Shown here piece after piece: positions 19,301 to 28,645 of a DNA stretch of 64,000 nt (position 1 is the first letter of the stretch; every line of letters starts with the position of its first letter). The notes under the pieces were generated by a model. The model did not search any database. It was given only the letters and a program-made list of their open reading frames with translations, and was not told the DNA's origin. Location of the stretch: contig OZ244742.1 in the NCBI GenBank assembly GCA_965219415.1, forward strand, positions 1,472,001 to 1,536,000, written 5' to 3'. This stretch comes from Candidatus Marinacidobacterales bacterium (lineage in GTDB: Bacteria; Acidobacteriota; Vicinamibacteria; Marinacidobacterales; DATDRI01). The translations under genes were made by a program, and so were the position numbers.

Positions 19301-19877
19301 TTAGGAATATCGATGCGCCGTGGCGCAGAAACGCCGGGCTCAACAGCACCGCAAGCATTCCCAATAGCGCAACGACCGCCATAGTGCCGGAAGCGCGATG
19401 GAGGCGCTGCCGCTCGATCAGTCGTCCAAACTGGTTGCTCTGGCAGCTATCGTAAGCCGCCTCCACCAACCGTTCGATGAGCGCCGGTGACGAGCCCGGT
19501 CGGTTCTTCTCATCGTCGTCCTTGCCCTTGGCCCCGACCTCGACGGCACTGACTACCGCCGCTTGGAGCGAGGGGTCGTTCTCCTCGATATAGAGAGCGA
19601 CTTGCTGGTCCGACACACGCCTCCCGAGAGGAAGAATAATGAAGCGCAACGTCAAACCAATGAGCCCGAGGTACGTGAAAACGCGGAAAGCCCAAACCGC
19701 CGAGTCGCTGTAGCGCAGCTGATCGATTCCAAAGGCCGACACCGCCAGGGCGAGAAGACCGGCCGCCAAGACAATGGCCGCCCCCCGGAGTGCCAGCCGT
19801 AAGCGCCATCGATTCCTTACGTGGCGGATGACGCGAAGCAGCTCGTCGTAGCTGGACAAGATGGGTGCGTTCAACAT
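16395..19877 (-). CDS. Large membrane-anchored protein with Ig-like and long coiled-coil domains (DUF4175-like)
   Basis: 3 N-terminal TMs, AEDDYG motif, Q/E-rich coiled coils, C-terminal VPAGYRKLVEEYYRSL. Confidence 0.75.
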   Translation of the reverse strand: MLNAPILSSYDELLRVIRHVRNRWRLRLALRGAAIVLAAGLLALAVSAFGIDQLRYSDSAVWAFRVFTYLGLIGLTLRFIILPLGRRVSDQQVALYIEENDPSLQAAVVSAVEVGAKGKDDDEKNRPGSSPALIERLVEAAYDSCQSNQFGRLIERQRLHRASGTMAVVALLGMLAVLLSPAFLRHGASIFLNPWRSARAANPYFIVVAPGHLGVARGADQLVQARLEGFDSDRVEIGVKTEEDEKFQRWPMTVDGDGGQFMFMLLDLNSTTDYFVESSGVRSPVFRIGVSDLPYVDRVDLEYRFPKYTGLSPRTIEDGGDIATLKGTNVVVAATPTVRVAGGTVRVEGKESQPMDLADDGTLSATLHIDTEGFYSIELSAFDGKMHKGSPDFTIEILSDQPPSVAFLKPGRDTKVSSIEEVFTELRAEDDYGIRELELVYSVNGGEEQSVWLHREGSPPKKEVSSGHTFFMEDLLLEPGDFVSYFGRATDGNGVEGAQTASTDIYFLEVRPFGKQYRQAQQGMGGAGQGMDNALSQRQRQIVAATFKIARDRKSYSEKEYSENLTTIALMQGRLREQVGTLLRRMTNRGIVEGDTDFGKIAASLRLAAEAMEPAEEKLLEKKPDEALPPEQRALQHLQRAEAVFREVQVAFGGGGMGGGKQSNVEDLADLFELEMDKLRNQYETVQRGERQTVDNEVDEALQRLQELARRQQQENERMKRSKSQNFPGGGGGGGQRDVAEETEELARRLERLAREKSEKGLEDTARRLHQAASSMRRAASEGREGSLSEGISALDRLKDARRLLEKDRASRLERDMDDIRSRAEKITRQQEKIQSDVGRLDQTSPRENADRMQRLLERKSELASEVADLEAQMDRMSMESRQEQKDASRKLREAADSIRDSKLKEKIRYSKGVVQGRTPEYARQFEDQISEDISELRDRIEEARGAIGKSERAQAEEALEKTRELVRSLESLDERLQERAQGLNPRSPGGEESGGEPGQEGQEQQGQQGQQGQQGSDPERSLNAPGFVGPGANSFQPGTFSSEDIRQFRREFRERAQEAQGLRQELQRQDLQVPDLQSIIERMEAYDSKKVYKVYEDPRGLQELSTLVEELKQFEYWLRRELEGMSKEELLLSGSDHVPAGYRKLVEEYYRSLSKNQRP

Positions 19878-19968
19878 GCGTTGACCCCTCTAACCATTTC
19901 GCCCCCGTTGGGACTCGGTTCGGGCATTTTCAACATCTTCTTCCGTATTCGGCTGCACGCGGAAATAT

Positions 19969-22086
19969 TCATGAGCTAGCCAAGCGAGATAACCGATTGG
20001 ACCAACGTGTCTCGATAGCCAGCAGCACGAGCGCTGCCGCCAAGAAGTACCACCAAACCCGCTGGCGGCGATCCTGGTCTGCCGGCGTCCATTGTCCGCC
20101 GGTTTGAATGTTCTCCACCTCCCTCGAACTTATCGCAGCCGCCACCTCTTCGGGATCGAGCGAAGACAGATCGGACTCCGTTAGATCCAGATTTACCGCC
20201 AGACTGACCGGATCTCCCGACTGGCTCTTCATGAAGCGAAACTCGTAGAACCCTTGCTCATCCAACGTGAGCAATCGTTGATCCTCTTGCCGGGAGAGAA
20301 AGGACTTCTCACCGGAAGGGGCCACCGCGACCAGCTCCGCCGAAGCCAACGGGCCAGCCCCGGCTTCCTTGACCGCACCGCCCGCATTCGCCAGCTCAAG
20401 TTGTCGGGACAGATCCAATACGTCACCCACCTCGTGCCAGGCGTTCGCCTCCGCGTAACCGGAGGCGTACTTGACCAGCTGATGCACGAACGGCAAGAAC
20501 ACAGGCTGCAATGCCAAATCGTTCCAAAAAGTGTCAAGCGTCGAGCTCCAGAGCAAGACTCTACCGTCCCCTATTCGCTTCTCGGCGAGGGCCACCTCTC
20601 CATCATCGAACCGTGCCAAGATGCCTTGAGGTAAACCTCCCTCGATGTTGCCTCTGAGGGGTCGGTAGCGAAAGAACTTCGCGGGCGAGAAGTCTCCGCT
20701 GCGAGGAGCGCTGAAGAGCTCGAAGACCGGATGGTCATAGTCGATGTAGGCCAACGCACCCCCCCAGTCCGTCGACCTATCCACGGGAGAACCCCATGTC
20801 GCGGGCAGGAGCTCGGCTGCCGATCCGGTCCATCCCTTTGCGCCACTGCGCTCGCCGAGCACCACCACCAGGCCCCCGCCCGAGGCGACGAAATCGCGCA
20901 GCAGCCGAGCCGCCGACGCACTGGGTTCTGGGACATCGTTCAAGAAGACCACCGCGCGGCCGTCCAGGTCCTTTCGCTTCACGCTCGACCCCTTCTTGAC
21001 ATCCATTCGAAAGGCGGGGCGCTCGCCGAGTGCTAGCACTCTGCGAAGGTAGAGGCTTCGCCGTACTCCCACCCCCGGCCCTTCCAAGACCAGAATCGAA
21101 AGTGACTGTCCGGGCCAAATCACGAAGTGGAAGGCGTTGTCCCGGGGTAACGAATCCTCCGCGGTTCGGACCGTCCCCCGAGAAACGCCGTCTGGAAGGG
21201 TGAACGGCTCGAAACGAACCGTGGCTGAGCTATTGGGCGGGAGGCTGATTCTCTGGTCACGAAGCACGCGGCCACCGAGCTCAAGGGAAACCGGAAGCTC
21301 AGAAACCGCCTCTGCACCTTTATTGATGAGACGGGCCGACGCCACCACACGTTCTCTTCCGGAGACCGGCGCGCGCTCTAGCACCACCGTCGTCACCGCC
21401 ACGTTGGACGTTTCGGGTTCGGACAGATCGAAGGTGTTGAGCTTCGTCCCGGGCGGGAGCACGACGTCTTCACGCCCCCCCCAACCCACGCGCTGGAAGT
21501 CGCTAATGAGAGCCACTTCCTTTCTTGGCAACTTCGACTCGTCGAGAAGCTTCTTGGCGAGCTTCAAGGGCGGACCGTAGCGAGTGGTCCCAGACCCCAA
21601 GTTGTGGTTGTCGATGAGAGAGTGGAGCCGGGCTCGGTCCGACGTGGGTTGGTTCGCGGCGATAGCCCGATCCGAAAAGAAAACCAGCGTAGCTCGCTCC
21701 GACGGCTCGATCTCGTTGACGATGCGGTGCGCGGCGTCGACTGCCTGCGTCCAGTGATCCTTGTACCCCATGCTGTAAGACCGATCCACAAGGATGACGA
21801 CTTCCCGGGCGCCGGTCAGCGAAGTGACGGCACGGCGCGGCCGATCGAGGAACGGGCGAGAGAAGGCCATCACTAAGAGCAATAGCGCCAGACATCTCAT
21901 CAGGAAGAGAAGCCAGTGCTTGATCTTCTGACGCCGCACCGAACGATACGGAATCCTGTTCAGGAACATCAGCGATGGAAACTCGACCACTTCCCGTTTC
22001 TCGCGATTCGTGAGGTGGATGATAACGGGGATGGCTAGCGTAATGGCGCCGATCAAGAAGGCCGGAGTTAGAAAGCTCAAGCCCAT
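19969..22086 (-). CDS. BatA-like N-terminal double-TM + VWA domain protein
   Basis: IPVIIHL...FPSLMFL...SRP BatA motif; MIDAS DRSYSM; ISDFQ; C-terminal TM. Confidence 0.85.
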   Translation of the reverse strand: MGLSFLTPAFLIGAITLAIPVIIHLTNREKREVVEFPSLMFLNRIPYRSVRRQKIKHWLLFLMRCLALLLLVMAFSRPFLDRPRRAVTSLTGAREVVILVDRSYSMGYKDHWTQAVDAAHRIVNEIEPSERATLVFFSDRAIAANQPTSDRARLHSLIDNHNLGSGTTRYGPPLKLAKKLLDESKLPRKEVALISDFQRVGWGGREDVVLPPGTKLNTFDLSEPETSNVAVTTVVLERAPVSGRERVVASARLINKGAEAVSELPVSLELGGRVLRDQRISLPPNSSATVRFEPFTLPDGVSRGTVRTAEDSLPRDNAFHFVIWPGQSLSILVLEGPGVGVRRSLYLRRVLALGERPAFRMDVKKGSSVKRKDLDGRAVVFLNDVPEPSASAARLLRDFVASGGGLVVVLGERSGAKGWTGSAAELLPATWGSPVDRSTDWGGALAYIDYDHPVFELFSAPRSGDFSPAKFFRYRPLRGNIEGGLPQGILARFDDGEVALAEKRIGDGRVLLWSSTLDTFWNDLALQPVFLPFVHQLVKYASGYAEANAWHEVGDVLDLSRQLELANAGGAVKEAGAGPLASAELVAVAPSGEKSFLSRQEDQRLLTLDEQGFYEFRFMKSQSGDPVSLAVNLDLTESDLSSLDPEEVAAAISSREVENIQTGGQWTPADQDRRQRVWWYFLAAALVLLAIETRWSNRLSRLASS

Positions 22087-23009
22087 CAGCGCACCCTGCT
22101 CAGACGTTGTCGATTCGACAGGTAATTGAAGAGTGCGAAGTCCAGAGGGGTCGAGGTATCGAAGAGCGCGTAATCGATTCGGTTGTCACCCAGCCAGCGG
22201 GACAGCCGATCGATGTGCTCCGCCACTAATTTTCGATACTGCTCGCGCAAGTACTCGGGTATGACCGGGATCGCCTCTTCGGTTTCCAAGTCGCGGTAGT
22301 TGGCGATTTCGTCGAACGGGAACTCGACCTCGGCGGGGTCCAACACGTGAAAGACAATGAGGTCGTTTCCCTTGTAGCGAAGAACCTTCACCGCATCCAA
22401 CACCGCCTCCGGCTCCTCGTAGAAATCCGAGATGAGAACCATGATGCCGCGCCGACGCACAGCTTCCGCCACCTTGGCCAGCGGTGGGCCCAAGACTCCT
22501 CGCCGGCCGGGCTTCATCCGATCGATCTTATGCAGAACGACCTCGAGGTGCTTAGCAGAGGGAGGTACGAAGTCGACGATATCTTCGTCGAACGTCACCA
22601 ATCCCACTCGGTCTCGTTGCTTGTGCGAGAAATAGGCGAGGCAGGCAGCCAGATAGCGCGCGTAATCCAACTTCGTGACACCGCTACTGCCGAAAGTCAT
22701 GGAGCGAGAGAGATCCACAATGACCGTAAAGCTAGTGTTGGTGTCGGCTTCGAACTCCTTGACGTAAAACCGATCGGCGCGCGCGAAGAGCCGCCAGTCG
22801 ATTCTACGGATATCGTCGCCTGGCATGTAGGCGCGGTGCGCGGCGAAATCGACGGAGCGGCCGACGTAAGGTGATCGATGAAGCCCGCTGATGAACCCTT
22901 CGACCACGGTTCGCGCCAATAGCTCCAGATTGTCGATCTTCCCCAGAATCTTGGGGTCCATAAAACGGGTGGATGCGGTGGGCTCGTTCGTTGCTCCCTT
23001 GCCTCGCAT
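22086..23009 (-). CDS. DUF58 domain protein (MoxR partner)
   Basis: GLHRSP..G.SVDF..HRAY.PGDDIRRIDW; DLSRSM; ISDF. Confidence 0.92.
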   Translation of the reverse strand: MRGKGATNEPTASTRFMDPKILGKIDNLELLARTVVEGFISGLHRSPYVGRSVDFAAHRAYMPGDDIRRIDWRLFARADRFYVKEFEADTNTSFTVIVDLSRSMTFGSSGVTKLDYARYLAACLAYFSHKQRDRVGLVTFDEDIVDFVPPSAKHLEVVLHKIDRMKPGRRGVLGPPLAKVAEAVRRRGIMVLISDFYEEPEAVLDAVKVLRYKGNDLIVFHVLDPAEVEFPFDEIANYRDLETEEAIPVIPEYLREQYRKLVAEHIDRLSRWLGDNRIDYALFDTSTPLDFALFNYLSNRQRLSRVR

Positions 23010-23065
23010 GACGTCTCTCTAGACTCTCCGGGACTCGCTGGTCTTCTCAGGCATTCACTTCGCCC

Positions 23066-24094
23066 CTACATCCGAGACTTCGGCGCGGTTACCGCTTCTA
23101 GCAACTGATCGATGATCTGGCTAGAAGTCACGCGTTCCGAATCGGCGTGGAAGTTGGTCAGCACGCGATGCCGGAACACAGGATGAGCCAGCCCACGAAT
23201 GTCCTCGAAGCTCACATGGTAGCGTCCGTTCATCAGCGCTCTGGCCTTGCCTCCAAGAATGAGGTACTGCGCGGCACGCACGCTGGCACCATACTCCACC
23301 CACTTCTTGATGAACTCCGGTGCGTCGGGTGCTCCGGGCCTACTGATGCGGGCCAGGTTGACTGCATAACGCATGACCGGCTCCGATACCGGGACTTTTC
23401 GCACCAGCTTCTGAAAGGCGGTCATGTCCTTGCCGGTTACCACCGGTTTGAAGTTCAGGTCCTGCGGCGATGTGGTAGCTCTGACCACCTCGAGCTCCTC
23501 ATCTTCCGGTAGATAGTCGATGATGATGTCGAACATGAACCGGTCCAACTGCGCCTCGGGAAGCGGATAGGTTCCCTCGAGCTCGATAGGGTTCTGGGTG
23601 GCAAAGACGTAGAAGGGCTCTTCGAGAGGGTAAGTTCGCCCTTGGATGGTGACCTGGTGCTCTTGCATGGCCTCGAGCAGCGCCGACTGTGTCTTCGGTG
23701 GCGTTCGATTGATCTCGTCCGCTAGCAAGATGTTATTGAAGATCGGCCCGGGCATGAAGACCATCTCCCGACGTCCAATAGCGGGATCTTCCTGAATGAT
23801 GTCCGTGCCCGTGATGTCGGACGGCATCAAATCGGGTGTGAACTGGATGCGCGCGAACTTCAAATCCAAGACCTGCGCCACAGTATGGATGATCAGGGTC
23901 TTGGCCAGTCCGGGCACGCCGGTGATGATGCTGTTGCCACCGACAAAGAGAGAGAGCAACACTTGCTCGACCACTTCATCCTGTCCGACGATCAGCTTTC
24001 GCAGCTCCACCAGGATCTGCTCGCGCGCCTCCTTCAATCGATCCGCCAGAGCAATATCATCCGCCGACTCGAGCTCGACTCTTTCTTCCCCCAT
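23066..24094 (-). CDS. moxR: MoxR family AAA+ ATPase
   Basis: GVPGLAKT, RIQFTPDLMPSD, LADEINR, ATQNPIE, PLPEAQLDRF. Confidence 0.95.
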   Translation of the reverse strand: MGEERVELESADDIALADRLKEAREQILVELRKLIVGQDEVVEQVLLSLFVGGNSIITGVPGLAKTLIIHTVAQVLDLKFARIQFTPDLMPSDITGTDIIQEDPAIGRREMVFMPGPIFNNILLADEINRTPPKTQSALLEAMQEHQVTIQGRTYPLEEPFYVFATQNPIELEGTYPLPEAQLDRFMFDIIIDYLPEDEELEVVRATTSPQDLNFKPVVTGKDMTAFQKLVRKVPVSEPVMRYAVNLARISRPGAPDAPEFIKKWVEYGASVRAAQYLILGGKARALMNGRYHVSFEDIRGLAHPVFRHRVLTNFHADSERVTSSQIIDQLLEAVTAPKSRM

Positions 24095-24115
24095 CGAGAC
24101 CTTCCCTTTCGTGTT

Positions 24116-24874
24116 TTAGTGTGTCATTCCGTAGATGACGTAATTCACGCCCAACTTGTACGCCTCGTTCGAAAGCTCAATCGGGATCCATTCGGTGTCC
24201 GACCACTCCCAGTAGTCGCCGATGTCGTGGTTGTAATTGGCGATCACCATCAAACGTTTCGATGGATCGTTATCCTCGAAGATGCCGTAGTAAACAGGTT
24301 TGACTTCCGGAAAGTTCGGATGATCGAAGTCCAGCGTCTCGATGTGGAAGAAGGAGTCGAAGATGGGATGGGTAACCTCGAGCTTGACCAACTGGGCACC
24401 GGGCAGCACCTTTCGAATCCCGGCCTCGAAGGAGTCCCAGTGCCACATCATGAAATCGTCGACCACAAGGAAGCCACCTTTTTGGAGGTAACGGCGTAGA
24501 CTGGTCGCCTCCTGGTCGGTGAGCGCCCAGAAACCGACTTCGCATACGTAGGCCCAGGGATATTTGAACAGCTCTGGGTCATCCATGGCCAGAATGTTTC
24601 CACCGTGCGTGTTCGGAGTGAGGTAGGTCAGCTCGCTCAGAATCTTGGTGAAATGACTTTCTCCTCTCGGGTAATCGTGATTCCATTTGAGGTCCAAGCC
24701 CCAGGCGTAAGGCCCCGGTCCCCAGAAGGTAGGAGAAAAGCGCAGCCGGACAAAGGTGAACTGCCCGTTGTAAGGAACGTTGGAATAGGGCACATCGGGA
24801 GCGTCGGCAAGGCCGGCAGAAAGCGGGATGGCGGCCATCACCAGCAAGACAGTGAGTAGCCAGAAGCGTCTCAT
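24116..24874 (-). CDS. DUF4159 domain protein
   Basis: Signal peptide; W.HDYP, LRRYLQKGGFLVVDDF, DIGDYWEW, LGVNY. Confidence 0.88.
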   Translation of the reverse strand: MRRFWLLTVLLVMAAIPLSAGLADAPDVPYSNVPYNGQFTFVRLRFSPTFWGPGPYAWGLDLKWNHDYPRGESHFTKILSELTYLTPNTHGGNILAMDDPELFKYPWAYVCEVGFWALTDQEATSLRRYLQKGGFLVVDDFMMWHWDSFEAGIRKVLPGAQLVKLEVTHPIFDSFFHIETLDFDHPNFPEVKPVYYGIFEDNDPSKRLMVIANYNHDIGDYWEWSDTEWIPIELSNEAYKLGVNYVIYGMTH

Positions 24875-27588
24875 CGCGTGCCCCGCTCGCTTGTGGCTCG
24901 ACTTCCTCTACCGGCCCTATCGGCTCCAATGGCAGGCGGGTTCTCGACAAGGCTCAAGAGAAGCTCCTGCGCTGCGTCGAAATTGGGGGCGATCTCGAGC
25001 GCTCGCAACACCTCACGCTTCGCGGACAAGCGGTCCCCGGCGTCGAAGTGGGCGCGCGCCAGCTCATAGATCGCCTGCGCCCGGTCGACCTGCTCCAGTG
25101 CCACCACCGCCTCGCGCTCGCGGATGACCGCGTCATGCCGGCCGAGCTCTCGATGAAGATCGGCCAGCTTCTTGTGCGGCTCCATTTCGAGCGGGTAGAT
25201 AAACGCGGCTTTTTCGAACGCCTCGGCGGCTGCGGGTTGATCTCCCAAAGACTCCTGGATCTCCGCCAGCTTCAGGTGCGCTTCATAGTGGCTTTCATGA
25301 ATCTCGGTCAACGTCGTGAGCTCTTCCGCGGCTCGAGCGGCGTTTCCTTGCTTCTGATGAATCTGAGCGAGGTACCAATATGGGCTGTCGTTGCCCCCGT
25401 ACTCTGGGAACAGAAGCTTGGCATGCTCCAGATAGGTCAAGGCTTCTTCGAACTGTCCCAGCTCGAAAAGAGATTTCCCCATGGCCAGCTGCGCCGAGAA
25501 ATCCCTTGGGTCTTCCGCCACCCGATTCTGAATCGCTTGTCGGGTTAGGACCTCCATCACGTTTCCTTCGGGAGGAGGTTTCACCGCGGTTAGCGGCCCG
25601 GCAAAGCGCTCCCTCACGTAGGAGTCGAATTGCTCGTCGAAGGCTTTCGGCTCCAAGCCGAGGACCGTCTGGAAAACTTCGCCGGTCCTCAGACCCTTCT
25701 TGTAACCCTCAAGCATCTCCAGAACCGCCTCGAAGCCATAATCCCGCACGATGAGCTCGAAGACCAGAGACGCCTGGTAGTAGGAGTTACTAACTTGATG
25801 GGGGTAACTGGGGCGGATGAAGCCGTTGTTGAGCTCGGCAATCGGAAGCAGTTCGCCCTTCTGTAGCGCAACCAAGAATGGAATGCTGACATCGTCACCC
25901 CAACCGGTCCGCGCGTGGTGCTCCTCGTATACCGAAAGCCCCTCCGATACCCATCGCGGGACTTTGTGGTCGGTCGTTCCCAGCGTAACCGTGTGAGCGA
26001 GCTCGTGCCAAAGGGTGGAGCCCCAATTGAATCTACCTTTCTCGCGCGCCGATGGAGAATCGATCGCGATCACCGGACCGAAACAGACGCCGAGGGCCCC
26101 CAGGCCCGCCAAGCCGATGGTACGGACCGAGAAGTCGGCGTGGGAAGGATAGACCTCGACGCGGATAGGCGTGGGAGGTCGGTAACGATAACGTTCCGCC
26201 AAAGCGTCATACGCTTCCTCGGCAAGCGCCATCACGTAGGGAGAGAGAATGTCCGATTCCTTGGCGTCGATAACGAGCAGGAAGCGGTCGCTCTCTGTCT
26301 CCTTGTAGTTAGGGAAGGTGTCGAGAAGGTCGAGCGTATTTTTGATCCACACATTATAAGGATCACCGGCGAAGGACCGTTCCAGATTCTCTCGCCCCTC
26401 CTCGATATCACCGAGGCGGAGCTGATTGAGCCCGAGCAGTCCGTACCCACGCCAAGATTTTTCATCGAGGAGTATGGCCTGGCGGGAAAAATCCACCGCC
26501 TCTCGATAGAGCCGGTTTTGCACGCAAACATCGGCCAGGATGTTGTAGAGCTCAGCGTAAACGGGGTTCTGTGTCAAGATTATGTGGCGCGTGTTCTCGA
26601 AACCCTCACCGTCACCACTCAAGAAACTGGACGCCGCCAAAATGGAAAACGCCTCCAAGGAGACCGGATTGATCGTAAGTGCCAGCTCCGCCTCGGCGCT
26701 CGCTCTTGCGTAGTCCTCGAGATCCAGGTACTGGCGCGCAAGAAAAACCCGCGCCGGGACGAATCGGGAGTTCACCTCGAGAGCCCTTTCAACGAGCTTC
26801 AAAGCTTCTGCGGAACCGTCGGTGTCCACGACCTGCGCCAAACCAACGAGGGCTCTTGGCTGATTGGGGTTCTCGCTCAGAACCTCCCGAAACGTCGCCC
26901 TCGCATCTGTGGTGTTGTGTTTCTCGAGGAAGAGCTCGCCGATCGAGAGGCGTGGCTCGAGGTTGAACGGATCCATCGCCGCCGCCTCGTCCAATGCCCG
27001 CAGCGCATCCTTAAAGAGCTGCGGACTGTCGGCGCCGAGATAGCGACAAGCGTTCCCGACCGCGGTCAGGTCCGAAGACGAAAGTTGCACCTTTCCGCCA
27101 AGGTTGTAAACGTCGATGAACCGATCGAATCCGTGCATGGCTTCAGCACGCTTGCCTCGTCGGTAATCGAGAACCGCCAGGTTGAGCGCGGCGGTGAGCG
27201 CATCGGAGGCTTTACCCTTTGTCGCTCGTTCGAACGCTTGTTGCGCGGCCGGCAGGTTCCCGGTTTCATAGAGGAGCTCTCCGAGACTGTTCGAAAGCTC
27301 CATCGAGTCGGGGAAGGCACGTGCGAACCGTCCGATCGCTTCCTCTGCATCGTCGTAACGCCCGGTGTCACGGAGGGCTTGAACCAGCGCGCGACGGGCC
27401 AGCACGTCGCCTTCCTTGCTCTCGAGGTGCCTGGTAAGAAGCTTGATGGCTTGCGAATAGTCGCCTTTTCGCAGAGCCACGAGTCCATCCTCGAGGGTAT
27501 TGGCTTCAACCGGACCAACGCTCAGCGCGCCGGCGAGCATCACCGAAAGGGTGAGTCCGGCTGACATTCGATTCATTGGGCGATTCAT
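24871..27588 (-). CDS. TPR-repeat protein with gluzincin (peptidase MA-like) domain
   Basis: Signal peptide, TPR arrays flanking TLWHELAH...PRWVSEGL. Confidence 0.85.
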   Translation of the reverse strand: MNRPMNRMSAGLTLSVMLAGALSVGPVEANTLEDGLVALRKGDYSQAIKLLTRHLESKEGDVLARRALVQALRDTGRYDDAEEAIGRFARAFPDSMELSNSLGELLYETGNLPAAQQAFERATKGKASDALTAALNLAVLDYRRGKRAEAMHGFDRFIDVYNLGGKVQLSSSDLTAVGNACRYLGADSPQLFKDALRALDEAAAMDPFNLEPRLSIGELFLEKHNTTDARATFREVLSENPNQPRALVGLAQVVDTDGSAEALKLVERALEVNSRFVPARVFLARQYLDLEDYARASAEAELALTINPVSLEAFSILAASSFLSGDGEGFENTRHIILTQNPVYAELYNILADVCVQNRLYREAVDFSRQAILLDEKSWRGYGLLGLNQLRLGDIEEGRENLERSFAGDPYNVWIKNTLDLLDTFPNYKETESDRFLLVIDAKESDILSPYVMALAEEAYDALAERYRYRPPTPIRVEVYPSHADFSVRTIGLAGLGALGVCFGPVIAIDSPSAREKGRFNWGSTLWHELAHTVTLGTTDHKVPRWVSEGLSVYEEHHARTGWGDDVSIPFLVALQKGELLPIAELNNGFIRPSYPHQVSNSYYQASLVFELIVRDYGFEAVLEMLEGYKKGLRTGEVFQTVLGLEPKAFDEQFDSYVRERFAGPLTAVKPPPEGNVMEVLTRQAIQNRVAEDPRDFSAQLAMGKSLFELGQFEEALTYLEHAKLLFPEYGGNDSPYWYLAQIHQKQGNAARAAEELTTLTEIHESHYEAHLKLAEIQESLGDQPAAAEAFEKAAFIYPLEMEPHKKLADLHRELGRHDAVIREREAVVALEQVDRAQAIYELARAHFDAGDRLSAKREVLRALEIAPNFDAAQELLLSLVENPPAIGADRAGRGSRATSERGTR

Positions 27589-28619
27589 TGGGGCTGCTCC
27601 GCCACGGCGGCGATCGCGCGGTTCTTCCTGGCAAGCTCCACTAGAAGCTTTTCGAGATCCTCGAAGTAAAGCTCGGAAGGCATCGTCTCCTTCTGCAGCT
27701 TCAACACCTCGATCCGTTGCTCGAGGGCAAGTTTGTCCTTGTAGAGCGCCACCAACTCGGGATCCTCAGGGACTCCCGCTCCCGAACCAGCGGAACCGGG
27801 CATCGTACCGGAGCGCATGAAGGAGAACTTCGCTACCGCGCCATCCCCAGCCGCTTCTGTCTCGAGCGGTCGCTGAGTACCTTTCTGGTCCCCGTTGTCG
27901 TCCAGAACGGCGTGCTCGGTCTGGAGCTGGTTACCTTCCTCGTAGGCCTCGGCCACATGAAGACGCGCATACTCGAACGCTTCCAAGACCGACACCCGCT
28001 TGTCTTTGTCCACATCCGCCCCTTCGACGGCAAAGGCCTCTATGAAGTACTTACCGAACAGGGTCTCGTTTCTTTCCATCCCCGATTTGGTAGCCGTCAC
28101 AATGACCCGGTTCTCACCGGACAGCGCCTGGACAAACCCTCCGCTTGCGCTCGCGGCATTGACGAAGACGATCTGCTGCGAGTCGAACCGTTCCAGGAGG
28201 GCAGCGAACTCATCGGCAGTAAGGTCGGGCCCCGGAAGATTGAACCGAGACTCTCCGGAACGATAGCTACCGTGCCCAATGAGGACAATGAAAACCTGAT
28301 CGTCGGGCTCCACCCGCCCTGCGATTTCCGTCAACGCAGTCTCGACGGCCTCTTTGGTGGACTTCCCTCGAATGCGTTCTGGATCCCGCTCGGGTTCTTC
28401 GCCTAAATACCAAATATCCTCCGCCGGCAGGCCAAACCGAGTACTTGCCGCCTCCAGAAGCGCCATCGAGGATTCGTAGAATTGATCCCGATAGGCTGAC
28501 TCTCCTCCCAACCCACTTACGATGAGGAGGTAGCTGCGACCCACGGATTGAGCGCTCGCGAAATCGCTCACCGCCATGGCAAGGATGGCAATTCCTAGTA
28601 CGCGCTGAACCGGCTTCAT
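27585..28619 (-). CDS. Exported caspase/C13-fold protein lacking the canonical Cys
   Basis: VLIGHGS His motif; NAASASGGF in place of DACxSG; ADVDKDKRVSVLEAF. Confidence 0.6.
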   Translation of the reverse strand: MKPVQRVLGIAILAMAVSDFASAQSVGRSYLLIVSGLGGESAYRDQFYESSMALLEAASTRFGLPAEDIWYLGEEPERDPERIRGKSTKEAVETALTEIAGRVEPDDQVFIVLIGHGSYRSGESRFNLPGPDLTADEFAALLERFDSQQIVFVNAASASGGFVQALSGENRVIVTATKSGMERNETLFGKYFIEAFAVEGADVDKDKRVSVLEAFEYARLHVAEAYEEGNQLQTEHAVLDDNGDQKGTQRPLETEAAGDGAVAKFSFMRSGTMPGSAGSGAGVPEDPELVALYKDKLALEQRIEVLKLQKETMPSELYFEDLEKLLVELARKNRAIAAVAEQPQ

Positions 28620-28645
28620 TTCATATCAATCCGGCCTAGGCTGGC

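Noticed and set aside
25915-27564. 549-aa plus-strand ORF
   Set aside because: Antisense to the TPR-peptidase gene, no recognisable domain
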